A stretch of DNA of 64,000 nucleotides from a virus. Taxonomy: Duplodnaviria > Caudoviricetes. Below the pieces are notes generated by a model, which was given only the letters and a program-made list of their open reading frames with translations, made no database searches and was not told where the DNA came from. Every line of letters begins with the position of its first letter. Position 1 is the stretch's first letter. A program made the position numbers and the translations under genes. Location of the stretch: the IMG/VR virus record IMGVR_UViG_3300033463_000014, positions 96,001-160,000 of that record. One strand, given 5' to 3'. Shown piece by piece: positions 1 through 11,163 of the stretch.

Positions 1-337
1 GTCGTCTCCGTAGCGGTCCTTGAGACACGCCTCGAAGCGGTCGTACACTTTCCTCGCACGCTTAATTTCATCGTCCGTCGGGCGTTTTAAGCACGTCCCA
101 ACCCTCAGCTTCTCAAACATCTTCATTCCTTGTCTCCTTCTTTATTCCTGTAATACTCCTCGACCACTCTCGCGATCTTTTCGGATTCTTCCCGCTCTGG
201 GCGGTTGACGAATTTTCTCCCGCACCTAGGGCAAAACCTCGGATCCTTCCCCATGTCGCTGACAGCCGTGCGGCAATCCCTGCAGGCGCGTATGATACGA
301 ATGCGCCCCCTGCCGATTCCTTCCACGTCGATGATCT

Positions 338-754
338 TCATTCCGCTCCTTCTTTATCCTCTGTGGCAAAAAGCCACTTCAGCACATCAACATAAAGATT
401 CAGGAACCCAACCCTTTCTCTGTGAGCATCCTCAAAAGCACTGCTTGCCTCTTTCCATGTCGCAAACTTGTCGCAGTTCCTCGACGGTTTGGAGAGGGCG
501 TAAGACGCCCAGTTCTCGATCCAGTCAATCGCGTCTCGCACGCACGGCACGACATTTGGATTCCTCTCTCTCAATTCTGCGATTTTATCAAGAATCCAAG
601 ACAGCGCCTCGCGCATCGCCGCGGCGTTGCAAACGGGCGGATGTTCTTGATACGTCGGTGAGTTGCATCCGTTCGGCTCACCGTAGTATTCGCAGTATGT
701 CGGCTCGATCTCGCCATCAGCGCATTTGATGCAGGTCTCTTTCCAGTCTTTCAT
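338..754 (-). CDS. Hypothetical protein, 'MREAL..RNCD' family, Cys-rich N-terminus
   Basis: CIKC..CEYYGEPNGCN, AMREAL, SKPSRNCD; N-terminus nearly identical to 19110..19520. Confidence 0.8.
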   Translation of the reverse strand: MKDWKETCIKCADGEIEPTYCEYYGEPNGCNSPTYQEHPPVCNAAAMREALSWILDKIAELRERNPNVVPCVRDAIDWIENWASYALSKPSRNCDKFATWKEASSAFEDAHRERVGFLNLYVDVLKWLFATEDKEGAE

Positions 755-792
755 TCAACGCCTCCTTCCTCATTCCCTATAGCTTTTCCATC

Positions 793-1686
793 CTAGCCCT
801 CCGCCTCAACGATTTTGCCGCATTTCATTGTGTACCACGTGTCTGCCTTGTACTTTTCGCCGTCGATGCACACCATCTTCGCACCGCAAAGATACCAGTT
901 GTAGTTGGGCACATCATTTCGCCAGTCAGCGAGGACGATATGAGAACCTTTCACGCCCCTGGCCTTGCCGTGGACGCCCCATGCGACGGCAATAGCGGTT
1001 TCGTTTTCTGCGCTTGCTTCGGAGTTGTAGCCTGTTGCGCTTGCGGCGGAGCGGACGCCCGTTGCGCTTGCGACGGAGTAGTCGCCCGTTACGCTTGCGG
1101 CGGAGCAGTCGCCAGCTGCGCTTGCGACGGAATTATAGTCAGTTGTGCTTGCGGCGGAGCACTCGCCCGTTACGCTTGCGGCAGAGTAGTGGCACATTGC
1201 GCTTGCGGCGGAGCACCTGCCCGTTGCGCTTGCAACGGAGTGATGGCCTGTTGCGCTTGCAACGGAGTGATGGCCTGTTGCGCTTGCAACGGAGTGATGG
1301 CCTGTTGCGCTTGCTGCGGAGCGGACGCCATTTACGCTTGCGAAACCATGATCTTCATAAGCTTTCGCCTCTGGCTTGACCCGCGCAATCGTGTAGTCGA
1401 TAGCGGCCTTGACCAGCCCGGCGAATGTCAGCCGCGCTCCGATAGTGATCTTCGTCGCTGCAATCTTCGAATCTCCACCATTATGGTCGATGTCGCCTCC
1501 CATCTCAACTTCATGATACACCGACTCGTCGTACAGACAATAATAATACAGGCAATCAAGCGGGTTTTCGCAAGCATGAAAACCCTCTCTACAACAACTG
1601 GCTCTGTCCGTCTCGTATGACTTGCCCTCCTCGTACTGGAATCCGCGGCAGGTCATATCCTTATTGAAACCCTTATAGGCCTTCAT
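793..1686 (-). CDS. Phage protein with MKAYKGF..GFHACENPLD domain and 11-aa SAASATG repeats (probable beta-solenoid), copy 1
   Basis: Start re-set to MKAYKG at 1686; 33-bp tandem repeats about 1000-1340; C-terminal IDGEKYKADTWY. Confidence 0.85.
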   Translation of the reverse strand: MKAYKGFNKDMTCRGFQYEEGKSYETDRASCCREGFHACENPLDCLYYYCLYDESVYHEVEMGGDIDHNGGDSKIAATKITIGARLTFAGLVKAAIDYTIARVKPEAKAYEDHGFASVNGVRSAASATGHHSVASATGHHSVASATGHHSVASATGRCSAASAMCHYSAASVTGECSAASTTDYNSVASAAGDCSAASVTGDYSVASATGVRSAASATGYNSEASAENETAIAVAWGVHGKARGVKGSHIVLADWRNDVPNYNWYLCGAKMVCIDGEKYKADTWYTMKCGKIVEAEG

Positions 1687-2662
1687 CCCAATCCTCCACC
1701 CTAACGATTTTCCCGTCACGCAGAGCATACCACGTGTCGGGCTTGTACTCAGACCCGTCGATCCGTATCGCCTTAACTCCGAGGACGTTATGTTCGACAT
1801 CGCGCTCGGTCAGCACAAGCCAGCATCCTATCGCACCGCGCGCCATGCAGTTGGCGCCCAGGACGGCAGCTATGGCGTTCTTACCTTTTACCTCTGCGTT
1901 TGATAAGTCTCCGGTAGCCGCTGCGTTTGATAAGTCTCCAGAAGCCGATGCATGTGATTCGACCCCGGAAGTCGTTGCGTTCGACTCGTCTCCTGAAGTC
2001 GCGGCGTGCGCTCTGTCACCCGAAGTCGCTGCGTTTGCGTTGTGTCCAGAAGTAGCGGCGCCTGCGCTGCCTCCAGCAGTCGCGGCGTTTGAGCCATCTC
2101 CCGAAGTCGCGGCGTGTGCGAAGGCTCCGGATGTCGCGGCGTGTGCGAAGGCTCCGGATGTCGCGGCGTGTGCGAAGGCTCCGGATGTCGCGGCGTGTGC
2201 GCTGCCTCCAGCAGTCGCGGCGTTTGAGCCTTCTCCCGAAGTCGCGGCGTTTGCGCAGACACCGGAAGTCGCGGCGTATGCGAAGTCTCCGGATGTCGCG
2301 GCGTGTGCTAAGGCTCCCGAAGTCGCGACGTGTTCATGGCCTACAGGAGAAGCATTTGCTTTATTTAACACAAAGCTGGTTCCAGCCTTGACCATGTCAG
2401 CCATAGTCATCCTGGGGCCGATTTTGATTCTGGTCGATGCTACCTTCGTCCCTCCTTTTTCGCTGACGATTTCGCCGTCAAGCTCGACCTCGTGATAAAC
2501 GGATTCGCCCGGTTGGTAGTAGAAAAAACAGTCCAACGGGTTCTCACATGCGTGGAACCCGCATTCACAAATTTCAGCCAGGTCCGTCTCGTACGACCCG
2601 CCTTCCTCGTACTGGAAGCCGCGGCAGGTCATATCCTTATTGAAACCTTTATAAGCCTTCAT
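1673..2662 (-). CDS. Paralog copy 2, 11-aa AHAATSG repeats
   Basis: Same N- and C-terminal domains; 33-bp repeats about 1890-2330. Confidence 0.85.
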   Translation of the reverse strand: MKAYKGFNKDMTCRGFQYEEGGSYETDLAEICECGFHACENPLDCFFYYQPGESVYHEVELDGEIVSEKGGTKVASTRIKIGPRMTMADMVKAGTSFVLNKANASPVGHEHVATSGALAHAATSGDFAYAATSGVCANAATSGEGSNAATAGGSAHAATSGAFAHAATSGAFAHAATSGAFAHAATSGDGSNAATAGGSAGAATSGHNANAATSGDRAHAATSGDESNATTSGVESHASASGDLSNAAATGDLSNAEVKGKNAIAAVLGANCMARGAIGCWLVLTERDVEHNVLGVKAIRIDGSEYKPDTWYALRDGKIVRVEDWDEGL

Positions 2663-5600
2663 CCCTAATTCCACCCTTTTAACCCTAGCACAACATGGCG
2701 TTGGGGTCGTTCTTGACCAGCCTCACGATCTCACGGCACAGGCAGAACCGCTCGTCCTGCTCCGTGTGCAGTTTATCGTAGTTCCCTTCATCAAACTCGA
2801 CGCCCGCGTTCATGAGGCGGCGCTGAAGGAAATCGACATACCTGTCGCGCGCCCGATCATACCTGATAAAACGGTCGACCAGCTCCCGCAGGAGCTGGCC
2901 TTCCGTCATTTCACCGATGTCCTTAACCTTTCTGTCCATTGACACTTAGCACCTCCGTCTTGTAGACGGTCCAGACAATCTCCCTGTCAGAACCGGTGTA
3001 CCTGTACATCCTCACGCCGACGCTGGAACTCTCCGGTCTTGACAGCGTCTTCCGGACCTCAGTCCTGATGTCGCTATCGGAGTAGCTCATGCCATAATAG
3101 TTCTCGCGGACTCTGTTTGTTACCATCTGCCTGAGCATCCTTTCGCAGGACTTCCTGTCATCCAGCACGACAGCCGTTGCGTTCAGATGTCCTGGAATTG
3201 ATTCAGCTCCATAGCACGTCAGTCTGAACAACTCGCTGACAACCCAGACTTTTCCCATGGCCGAACACTCGGATGCATGACCGTTCTGTCTTACGAAAAC
3301 CCTCTTACCGCATGGATCAAATCCAACGATCATTCTTGTTTCCTCCTCCTGACCGGAGCGACACAGTCCCAGACCTCACCATCGGAACCGAGAAGATAGT
3401 ACCTCTTCTTAAAGTCCGAAGGCCATCCCGCAAGAGCAAGGGCTGGCATCACGAAGCTCCTCAGGTCGCCCGAGGCGAACACCTTCTTTGAGAACGGAAG
3501 AAGATAACGGGACGTGCCACTCGATGACAGCGAAACGCCGTTTGAAAGGCCTGTGTCATTTACGCGCAGCGTCCTTCCGCTTAACGTTATTACGGAAACC
3601 GCACCGTCGGCACGGTTCCCGTAAACGTCACAACCGAGAGACCCGTCGTGATCATTAACGAATCCGATTGAGACAACGCCTATTCCGGGACGGTAGAACA
3701 GATATCGCCCCTCGTACCTGTAACGGTTGCATGGGACATATCCGTCCGCGCACACTGTCGGCATGTTCTTCTTGAAAGCCCTCTTGACCTTGTCAGTCCA
3801 CACGCAACCGTCCGGCCCGCCTTCATTCTTCTCCGTATTCGGAATCATCCCTCTCTTCATACCCTCCTACTCCATTCTTCTTATCCATGTCCAGAGTCAC
3901 CCTCATCTCATGAGGGGAACCTATCCCAAGATAGTTCGGCGAGTAGTCATCGTCGCCTGACCACATCATGATGTTTGCGTGGGACGCATGCCATCCTTTC
4001 CCCAGGTTCTTGGCCTGGCGGATGATCTCCTCCGCGTCAGCGATTATATCCGGATAGACCAATTGGTCTCCAATCCTGATATTGACAAAAACGGTTATAT
4101 TCCATGACGAACCGCCGCACCTCCTCTCGATGTGTATGTTTCTTATTCTATCGCGCGGTATACCCTTGTTCTTTTTCTTGCCTGAGCTCATTTTTCCTCC
4201 TTGGAATCGTTCGGCACCCACTCCGAAAGCTTATCGGAGAGGGTCGTCTCCTTCCGTTTCCTGCACACAGAGCCGATCGCATATCCGATCGCTACCGAGA
4301 AACTCCACACAATAACGCTCACCGCAAACACATCAACACCGTTCATCATTCTCCCTCCCATATACGCCTTCTAGTCGTAACGCTCAGCATAGAGCGCCTC
4401 GTGCCGTCTTCGTACTTTTCGGATTCGACAAGATACTCGTCATAACCATCGTCCCTTCCGACGGACATACTTGACCCGTCCTCAAGATATGGCGCCAGTT
4501 CGGACATCGCGTCTTCCATGACTGAGCTCCAGCTGTATGATCCCCTGAATTCGCTCCGGTATGTCTCCCATCCTCCGTCGCATTCGTTATCGTACCTGCA
4601 CGAACCCTGGTGAAAGGCGAGTATGCACTTTATCATGCCCTCAAGCGTGTCGGTGTCGATACCGTTCTTGCGGCACTCTTCCCGGCACCAGCAGACATTT
4701 CCGAAACTGCCTTTCGGTCCGTACCTGGATTCCTTTTTCTCCATCCATTTCCGCAGGGAATCCCTCGCCTCATCGCGCTTCCCTTCCCTGAACTTAATGT
4801 CAAGGCATACGCTGTAGTTGTCTCCCATCACTTCCCCTTTCTTGACGCTCTCCTCTTTCTGGCGTTCGTGACCTTCACCTTAACCCTTACCCTCTTGACC
4901 CGGGCTCCGCAATCATCTCCTTCGGCGATATATTCACCGGCCTCTTCGACCGTGTCGAAACGGTCAGCAGTCTGAGGGTCTCCCCAGCAATCGACGACAG
5001 CGCCGTCCTCGAACGTACGCCAGTACGTGCCCGGGACGCTGCTTATGACGAAGAACTCGTCCGTATCGATCTTCATTTCTGGCTGTCCTCCAACCTCTCG
5101 AACTCTTCGGACTCCTCGACCTCATAGGTGACGTGAAAATTGGTCGCTAGTCCGTACCAGTCATACCCTCCTTTGAACCTATCGACTTCCCGTATCTCTT
5201 CGTCGACGATTCGTTCCGCATCGTATGGACTTCTAGCCTCTACGAAGAGATAGTGAGAGAGCGTGATCGCAGCCCTGACTTTGTATATCTGGACTTCTTT
5301 GCCTTCGTCGTCCTTATGCGAGAAGACGTGAACGGTCCTCTTCTTATGCTTCATGAGACATCCTTTCCTCCGATGTATGAACAGACATGTAAAGGCTAAT
5401 CATCCGCTTGGTGTTGCGCTTTACCGCCATCATTCGGAAACAGACTGAAGATGTAATCCATCGTCTCTCTGTCGGCCAGCTTCACATCTCCAGGATTCCC
5501 GTCTCTGATAACGTCATGCCTAAGAACCGCAAACCTCCCGGTAGGGAACACCTTGTTCCCTTCCGCGTCACGGATTGCGAACCTATCCTGGTTCCCGTAT

Positions 5601-8267
5601 CTGGATCCGTCTTCGTTCACCTCAACGATAAGGACGCCTTTCTTGAACTTCTCTTTGCACTCATCGCACGCGTCTAGACCCCCTGTAATTTCGTGGGGCG
5701 CCTCCAGGTCGCCCTTAATCCTTCCCATAAGCGCCACTCCCATGGGTTTCCCGCACCAGAAGCACTTAAGAACTGATGGGTTGACTCCATACTTTTTAGA
5801 CAACTTTATGCTCCTACCTTTTCTTCCCATTCGTTACCCCTTTCTTCACTTTCTTATCCGAAATCCCTTTCCCGGACGCCCTCGCCCGGCACTCCATCCA
5901 AAAGGCGATCGCCTTCCTCGACGCCTTAACGCAGTACAGGAGATGGTCTATCTTGAGCAAGTTCCTTTTGATACACCTTCGCTCCCTTGCTATGAATGAG
6001 TCTATCTCCTTCACGTAGAAATCTCCGACTACGTCGTCACCATTCTTCGCCATACGCATCCTCTTCTCCCATGTCCATCCCTATACCATGTATACGCTGA
6101 CGACAGGGATGTCGCAGTCCGGACTGTCCGGATCATCCTCGATCTTAACGTCGAACTCATCAAACTCCTTGTTCAGGAGATCCCTAATCTCTGAAATGGA
6201 CTCCTCGTCACCGCCGATGTAGTCTGCGTTCCAGATCCTGTGCCACTTGCCGTCCTTCTCGACGATCTTGAACCATATCTCGTCGTAGGCGATATCCATC
6301 AATTCATGCAGAACCATATGACATCCCTTTTCATACTCACCCAAGATGTAGGACGACCTTGTCAGTCCCGTAGTCGAAAGTGACCTGCCTCGCTCCCTGT
6401 CGAACGATCACACCGCCTCCGCACCAGCTGATTGACCTAAGGAAAGAGCTATCGCGGAAAACACGCTCGATCTCATCCATCGGCCGCAGCTTTTTACCAT
6501 AACCCTTGAAAAGGCCAACATCGTCCATGTCCTTCGCAACCAAGATCTTGCTATAGTCAAACCAGAAGAATCCCACCGCGTTCATCACGCTCGTTCGCCC
6601 TATCTTAACAGGGCGCCTCTCCTCGGCCTTCGCACGCTCGATAGCCTTCCTCTTCTCGCTCTTTCCCATCACTTCCTCCTTTTTCTTTTTGGAGTAACGG
6701 TCGCACAGGGAGATGACCTTCCTTCGCGACCACATAATCCCCTCGCGTATGTCGCAGTTCGTGTGAAGGCGTCCTGTGTCCTCCTCATACTGGGATACCC
6801 TCAGCGCCTTCGACACCTCTTCCCTCATGACCTCCGGAGAGAACACTGGCGGGCCGTCCGCTCCGATGACGATCTTATCCCTCTTCTTCATTCATCGTCT
6901 CCTGTCCTCTACCATACAGACGTCTTTCCCCGACTCGCACCATGTTCCGAATCCAAGGAGATGTTCCGGCATAGACGTGATGAAGTTCCTTATGCAGGCT
7001 ATCTCTCGCTCCTCCATCTTCATCGTAACCGAGCCAAAGACCCTGGAACCGATTTTTCTCTCGATCCTGAGGCGCGGCTTGGAAGCGGGGTCCCACTTGG
7101 CTTCCGACACATACACGATCGAGAAGTCGCCCTTTGACACCGTCCCTCCGCCCTTTCTGAAGCTCTCCTCGAGCTGGAGAGCCTCGCACGGGTTCAGGTT
7201 CATGTACGCCACGGTATCCGTCTCAGAGTCTGAGCGCCGCATCGATATGCACACTCCAAACGTACACTTCTCTAAATAAAGCTCGAACAACGCGCCGTCT
7301 ACAACCTTTCTGATCATACCGTTCCTTTCTCGTTACCACTTGTCCGGGTCGCCGCTCCACCTATCGGCCGACATGAGCAAATCAGCCATGTTCTCAAGCG
7401 CTATCTTTACGAACCGAACCTCGTGCTCCCTGAGCGGGAAAGAAATGATCGGGACGAGTCCGGACTCGCCCTCTGTCGCTATGGAGATCAACGAGTACAC
7501 ACCCAGTCCGCAGAACGCAAGGCACCTTCCGTCAAGCGCCCGTATCACGGCTCTTCCAGATGAAAGGCCTTCGATAAGCTCAGACACCTCGGACGGGCTC
7601 ATCACGAAGGACTCCCTCTCATCCTCCTTACCTTTCCCTTCGGGATATCTGCAGACCATGGAAACCATCACGCCTCCACTAACGAGGTCCATGGACAAAT
7701 CCAAAACCCTTCCGTCATCCATCTCTCTCTTGATCATATCGACACCCTTATCCCTTTTCCCCTAACCTTTACCGCGCTGATCCTAAACGCTTTACCACCC
7801 CTTACGAACCAGGCCTCGTCTCCGTTTGGCGAGTAATAGACGTCGAGGCACCCCTCGGTGTCCCCATCGGCGAACCCCTTGAAGTCGGCTAGGTTACCGA
7901 CCAACTCCGCTCCGCTTTCGTCGCGCACGACGACGTTTTCGAGCCACTCCTTCCTGATGACGTTTTCGATGAACGAGATAGCCTGATCCTTTGTGTCGAA
8001 CAAGGTGAAGGCAGCCCACACGCATTCCTCCGGCGACTCCCCTTCATACCACTCTGACTGGAGAACTGCCCAACCAATATCATCTGTATGACCCGACATT
8101 GTTACCCTCCTCATCATATGCGCAGTCTGGATACGAACCGACGACAAGCATGTTCGACAGGTCCGCATTCCCGAACTCTTCCTGCGCCTTCTCGAACGCT
8201 TCGTCAACGCTTTCCGCGTCTACACTGATTTCGATCCTTCCTTCGACGACCATATTAACGCTATACA

Positions 8268-8615
8268 TCATAGAATCCTGAACTGCGTCGCCCGAGCCGA
8301 ATTGACCCGATAACCAACGGCAATGATGGCGTCGAGATTGTAAAAGTCGATTTTCCGTCGGACGATGCGGCCACCTTCTTCTCGAACTTGTTCCATTTTG
8401 GAACAAGTTGCGCTTTCTTGCAATTCCCCTGCCGAATAGATGTTTTTCAGATGTTTAGTGACCGCCTGCGTACCGACGCCGAAAAGCTTGGCCATCGCCG
8501 CCTGCGTGAGCCATGCTGTTTCCTTTTCAATGATTACATTGACCTGAACCGCCCCATCTTCAGACTTAAGAATCTCCATTGGCGTTTGAATCACCCAATC
8601 GATAGTATCCCACAC
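8268..8615 (-). pseudogene. RhuM-family DNA-binding protein, N-terminal fragment only
   Basis: WLTQAAMAKLFGV..ITKHLKNIY-like, YNLDAIIAVGYRVNS.RATQFR; stops immediately after this motif at 115 aa. Confidence 0.7.
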
Positions 8616-9629
8616 CTATGCATTCGATCGTTGGCATTGAAGACGTTCCCCTTTTTCAAGAAGCCTACGGAACTCGTGGCTGCCGTAGTCGCTTTTGTCA
8701 AGGATCTTCGCGAGCTCCGACGCCTTCATCCTGTCGCTCCGCTTGAATCCATGCGCATTGAGCCATGCGTCCGTTCCCTGCCGGCAGGCTCCTGTGAGCC
8801 TCTGGTACAGAGACGCAGTCATGACCGTATCGGGATAGATGACGCCATACGAGACTTCCGATTGCTTCATCTTTCTCACGAGGGCGTTAATTGCCGACTT
8901 GACCGACCTTCCGTGAGCTGTCACTCCTCCTGAGAATGAAGCCGTTGTGCCGGCGGCGAACGTCTTTTCCGAACGGACGTAGTATCCGCGGCCTTTATAC
9001 AACATCCATCCTGGGGCTACGTAGAAAGAGCCTACGCTCTTTTCCCTTCTCCTGTCGAGTAATGTAGGGATGCCGTCGATCTGTCTGTAGCATGTGGCAC
9101 GCTTCGGAAGGTTGACAAAGCACGTGTACTCGTACATCAGGTATGTGCACCTTCTGCTGTATGTGCCTAACTCCTTCCTCTCGACGTGGCACTCCACATC
9201 GCTTATGCCGTCCTTGTATTTCACGACAGAGTCACCTCTTCCGGGTGTGAACCCGATACCGCGCAGCCCCGCTGAGACATCACTCTTTACTTTTACCTCA
9301 AGTCTCTTCGCGGCCGTCGAGGAGACGTCTGAATCTTTCCCGATATGGAACCTTTCCTTGTCAGGCCTTCCTCTGCAAAGCAGAACAAGCGTGTCCTTGA
9401 ACAGACGTTCCGCACGGCTCAATCCTATTCGCTTCCTTCCCTTCAGTTCCCTGACGGTCTTCAGCCTTTTGTTCCGCGTGCTGTTTGCAATGGCGATCTG
9501 TGCGCCTCCTGATCGCATGGCCTCTGCGACGGCGGCCCTGAACAGCCTTTTCCCTCCCTCTCGGATGATTCGGAGGGCCTCCTGCCTACGATTCTCCTTA
9601 TCCAAAACAAACCGATTCTTTTCCATCAT
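8616..9629 (-). CDS. Hypothetical basic phage protein
   Basis: 337-aa ORF in the tiled minus-strand operon; LTGACRQG motif near C-terminus. Confidence 0.7.
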   Translation of the reverse strand: MMEKNRFVLDKENRRQEALRIIREGGKRLFRAAVAEAMRSGGAQIAIANSTRNKRLKTVRELKGRKRIGLSRAERLFKDTLVLLCRGRPDKERFHIGKDSDVSSTAAKRLEVKVKSDVSAGLRGIGFTPGRGDSVVKYKDGISDVECHVERKELGTYSRRCTYLMYEYTCFVNLPKRATCYRQIDGIPTLLDRRREKSVGSFYVAPGWMLYKGRGYYVRSEKTFAAGTTASFSGGVTAHGRSVKSAINALVRKMKQSEVSYGVIYPDTVMTASLYQRLTGACRQGTDAWLNAHGFKRSDRMKASELAKILDKSDYGSHEFRRLLEKGERLQCQRSNA

Positions 9630-10554
9630 CTTCTTCTACCTCCGGAACTCCTGACCATTCTTTTCCATTTCAGCCACCCATCTTTATGGGAGTGCGCCAG
9701 ATGTCCCACCTGCGAACCTTTTTGTCGTCGATGTGATATCGGAACCATCCGAACTTTGAAAGGTTCTCCCTGGCGGACCTTATCACATCTGACCTGCGAC
9801 GCTCATCAGAGCCGCACAGGACAAGCAGGTCTCCCAGGTCGTCAAGCGCGTTTTTAACTGCGCTTTCCTTCGTCAGATGCAGCTTAGGGAACTTCTGTTC
9901 GAACTCCTCGTCGCCGCTGTCCGAACTCCCGGATGTGACGCATGTCCATAACGTCGCGGTCCCCTCGATTTCGTTCTCGAATATCTCGAACCTGAAAACG
10001 TTATCGCCTTTCCTGGCAATATACACGAACTGATCAGACAGCTCTCTAATGATATACTTTTTGAGCGCGGACCTTACGTAAAGCGTGACATCGTTCATTT
10101 CCCACGGAACGCTATAGCGTGGGAAAATTAACGGTTCGAGCTCAGCTCCGGACGCATTGCCTTTGGAATCGGCATCCGAAGGACTGTATACAAACAGCGA
10201 CCTTACGGTCTCTTCCGGATTCTCGGCTCCGGCCCTTTCTGCCGCCATCTCAAGGATTTCACGGAGGCCTTTGTGATTCTCGTCATAGTATAGCGCCATC
10301 CTGATGTCGTCCCTGACATCAAGCCGATCGATGATGTAATCCGCGCACTCCGTGATCGCTTTCCCGACTGACAGGAACGTCCCTATGCAGCTCGTATCAA
10401 AAGGATAGCCGGGCGAATAATCGAATGACACGACGCTGTAAGCTGTGATTCCCTTCATGGTTTATACCCCTTTCTGACACACTTGGAGGAACGAGTCGCC
10501 GTTAGAGCGTATTTCGTATCCTCCGTTTCCGCCGAAGACATTACGCCGGACACG

Positions 10555-11163
10555 CTACTTTCCATCCCGGACCTCCGTGATCCTCGTCGCGAGTTCGTCA
10601 GCTGCGACGATGACTGACAGGAGCGGATACTTCATACATGCGGCGGAGAAGTTCCCCTTGGACTCCATGCTGTCCGGTAGCTCCCATCCGGCCATGTGCC
10701 ACCTGATCGCGGCGATCTCCTGCTCCGTCATGACGAGCCCCATCCGGAGGAGCCGAACGACGGACTTCTCACCGTGCCCCAGCGGGTAATCCGAATAGTC
10801 CGCGTCATAAGTCCAGTACTTCTCCCACTTGCCGTTTTCATCCTTCCTGAACCGCTCCACCTTGCGGTAGATATCAGCCTTGCACACGTCATGCAGGAGA
10901 GACGCGATGATGACGCTGTCCATCGGAAGCTCTTGTTCGAGCGATCCGTCGAGCCTGATCTGTGCCTCCCTGATCGCTTCGGACTGGGAGTACACATTGA
11001 GGGAGTGCCTCACGAGACCTCCCTCAACGGCGAGATGATGCCTCGCCGACGCAGGCGCCTTGAAGAACCCAAGGCTTTCAAGACACCCGATAACCTGAAC
11101 CACACCCTCGCGGTTAGTAGACCGCAAGAGATCATTGAACCTGTTTGAATACTCATTCGTCAT
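10555..11163 (-). CDS. HD-domain phosphohydrolase
   Basis: APASARHHLA.EGGL..HSLNV, LLHDVCK, GHGEKSV, IRWHM, AAD. Confidence 0.9.
   Translation of the reverse strand: MTNEYSNRFNDLLRSTNREGVVQVIGCLESLGFFKAPASARHHLAVEGGLVRHSLNVYSQSEAIREAQIRLDGSLEQELPMDSVIIASLLHDVCKADIYRKVERFRKDENGKWEKYWTYDADYSDYPLGHGEKSVVRLLRMGLVMTEQEIAAIRWHMAGWELPDSMESKGNFSAACMKYPLLSVIVAADELATRITEVRDGK

Noticed and set aside
1000-2330. 33-bp periodic repeats as a CRISPR array
   Set aside because: Contiguous in-frame coding repeats without unique spacers; no cas genes
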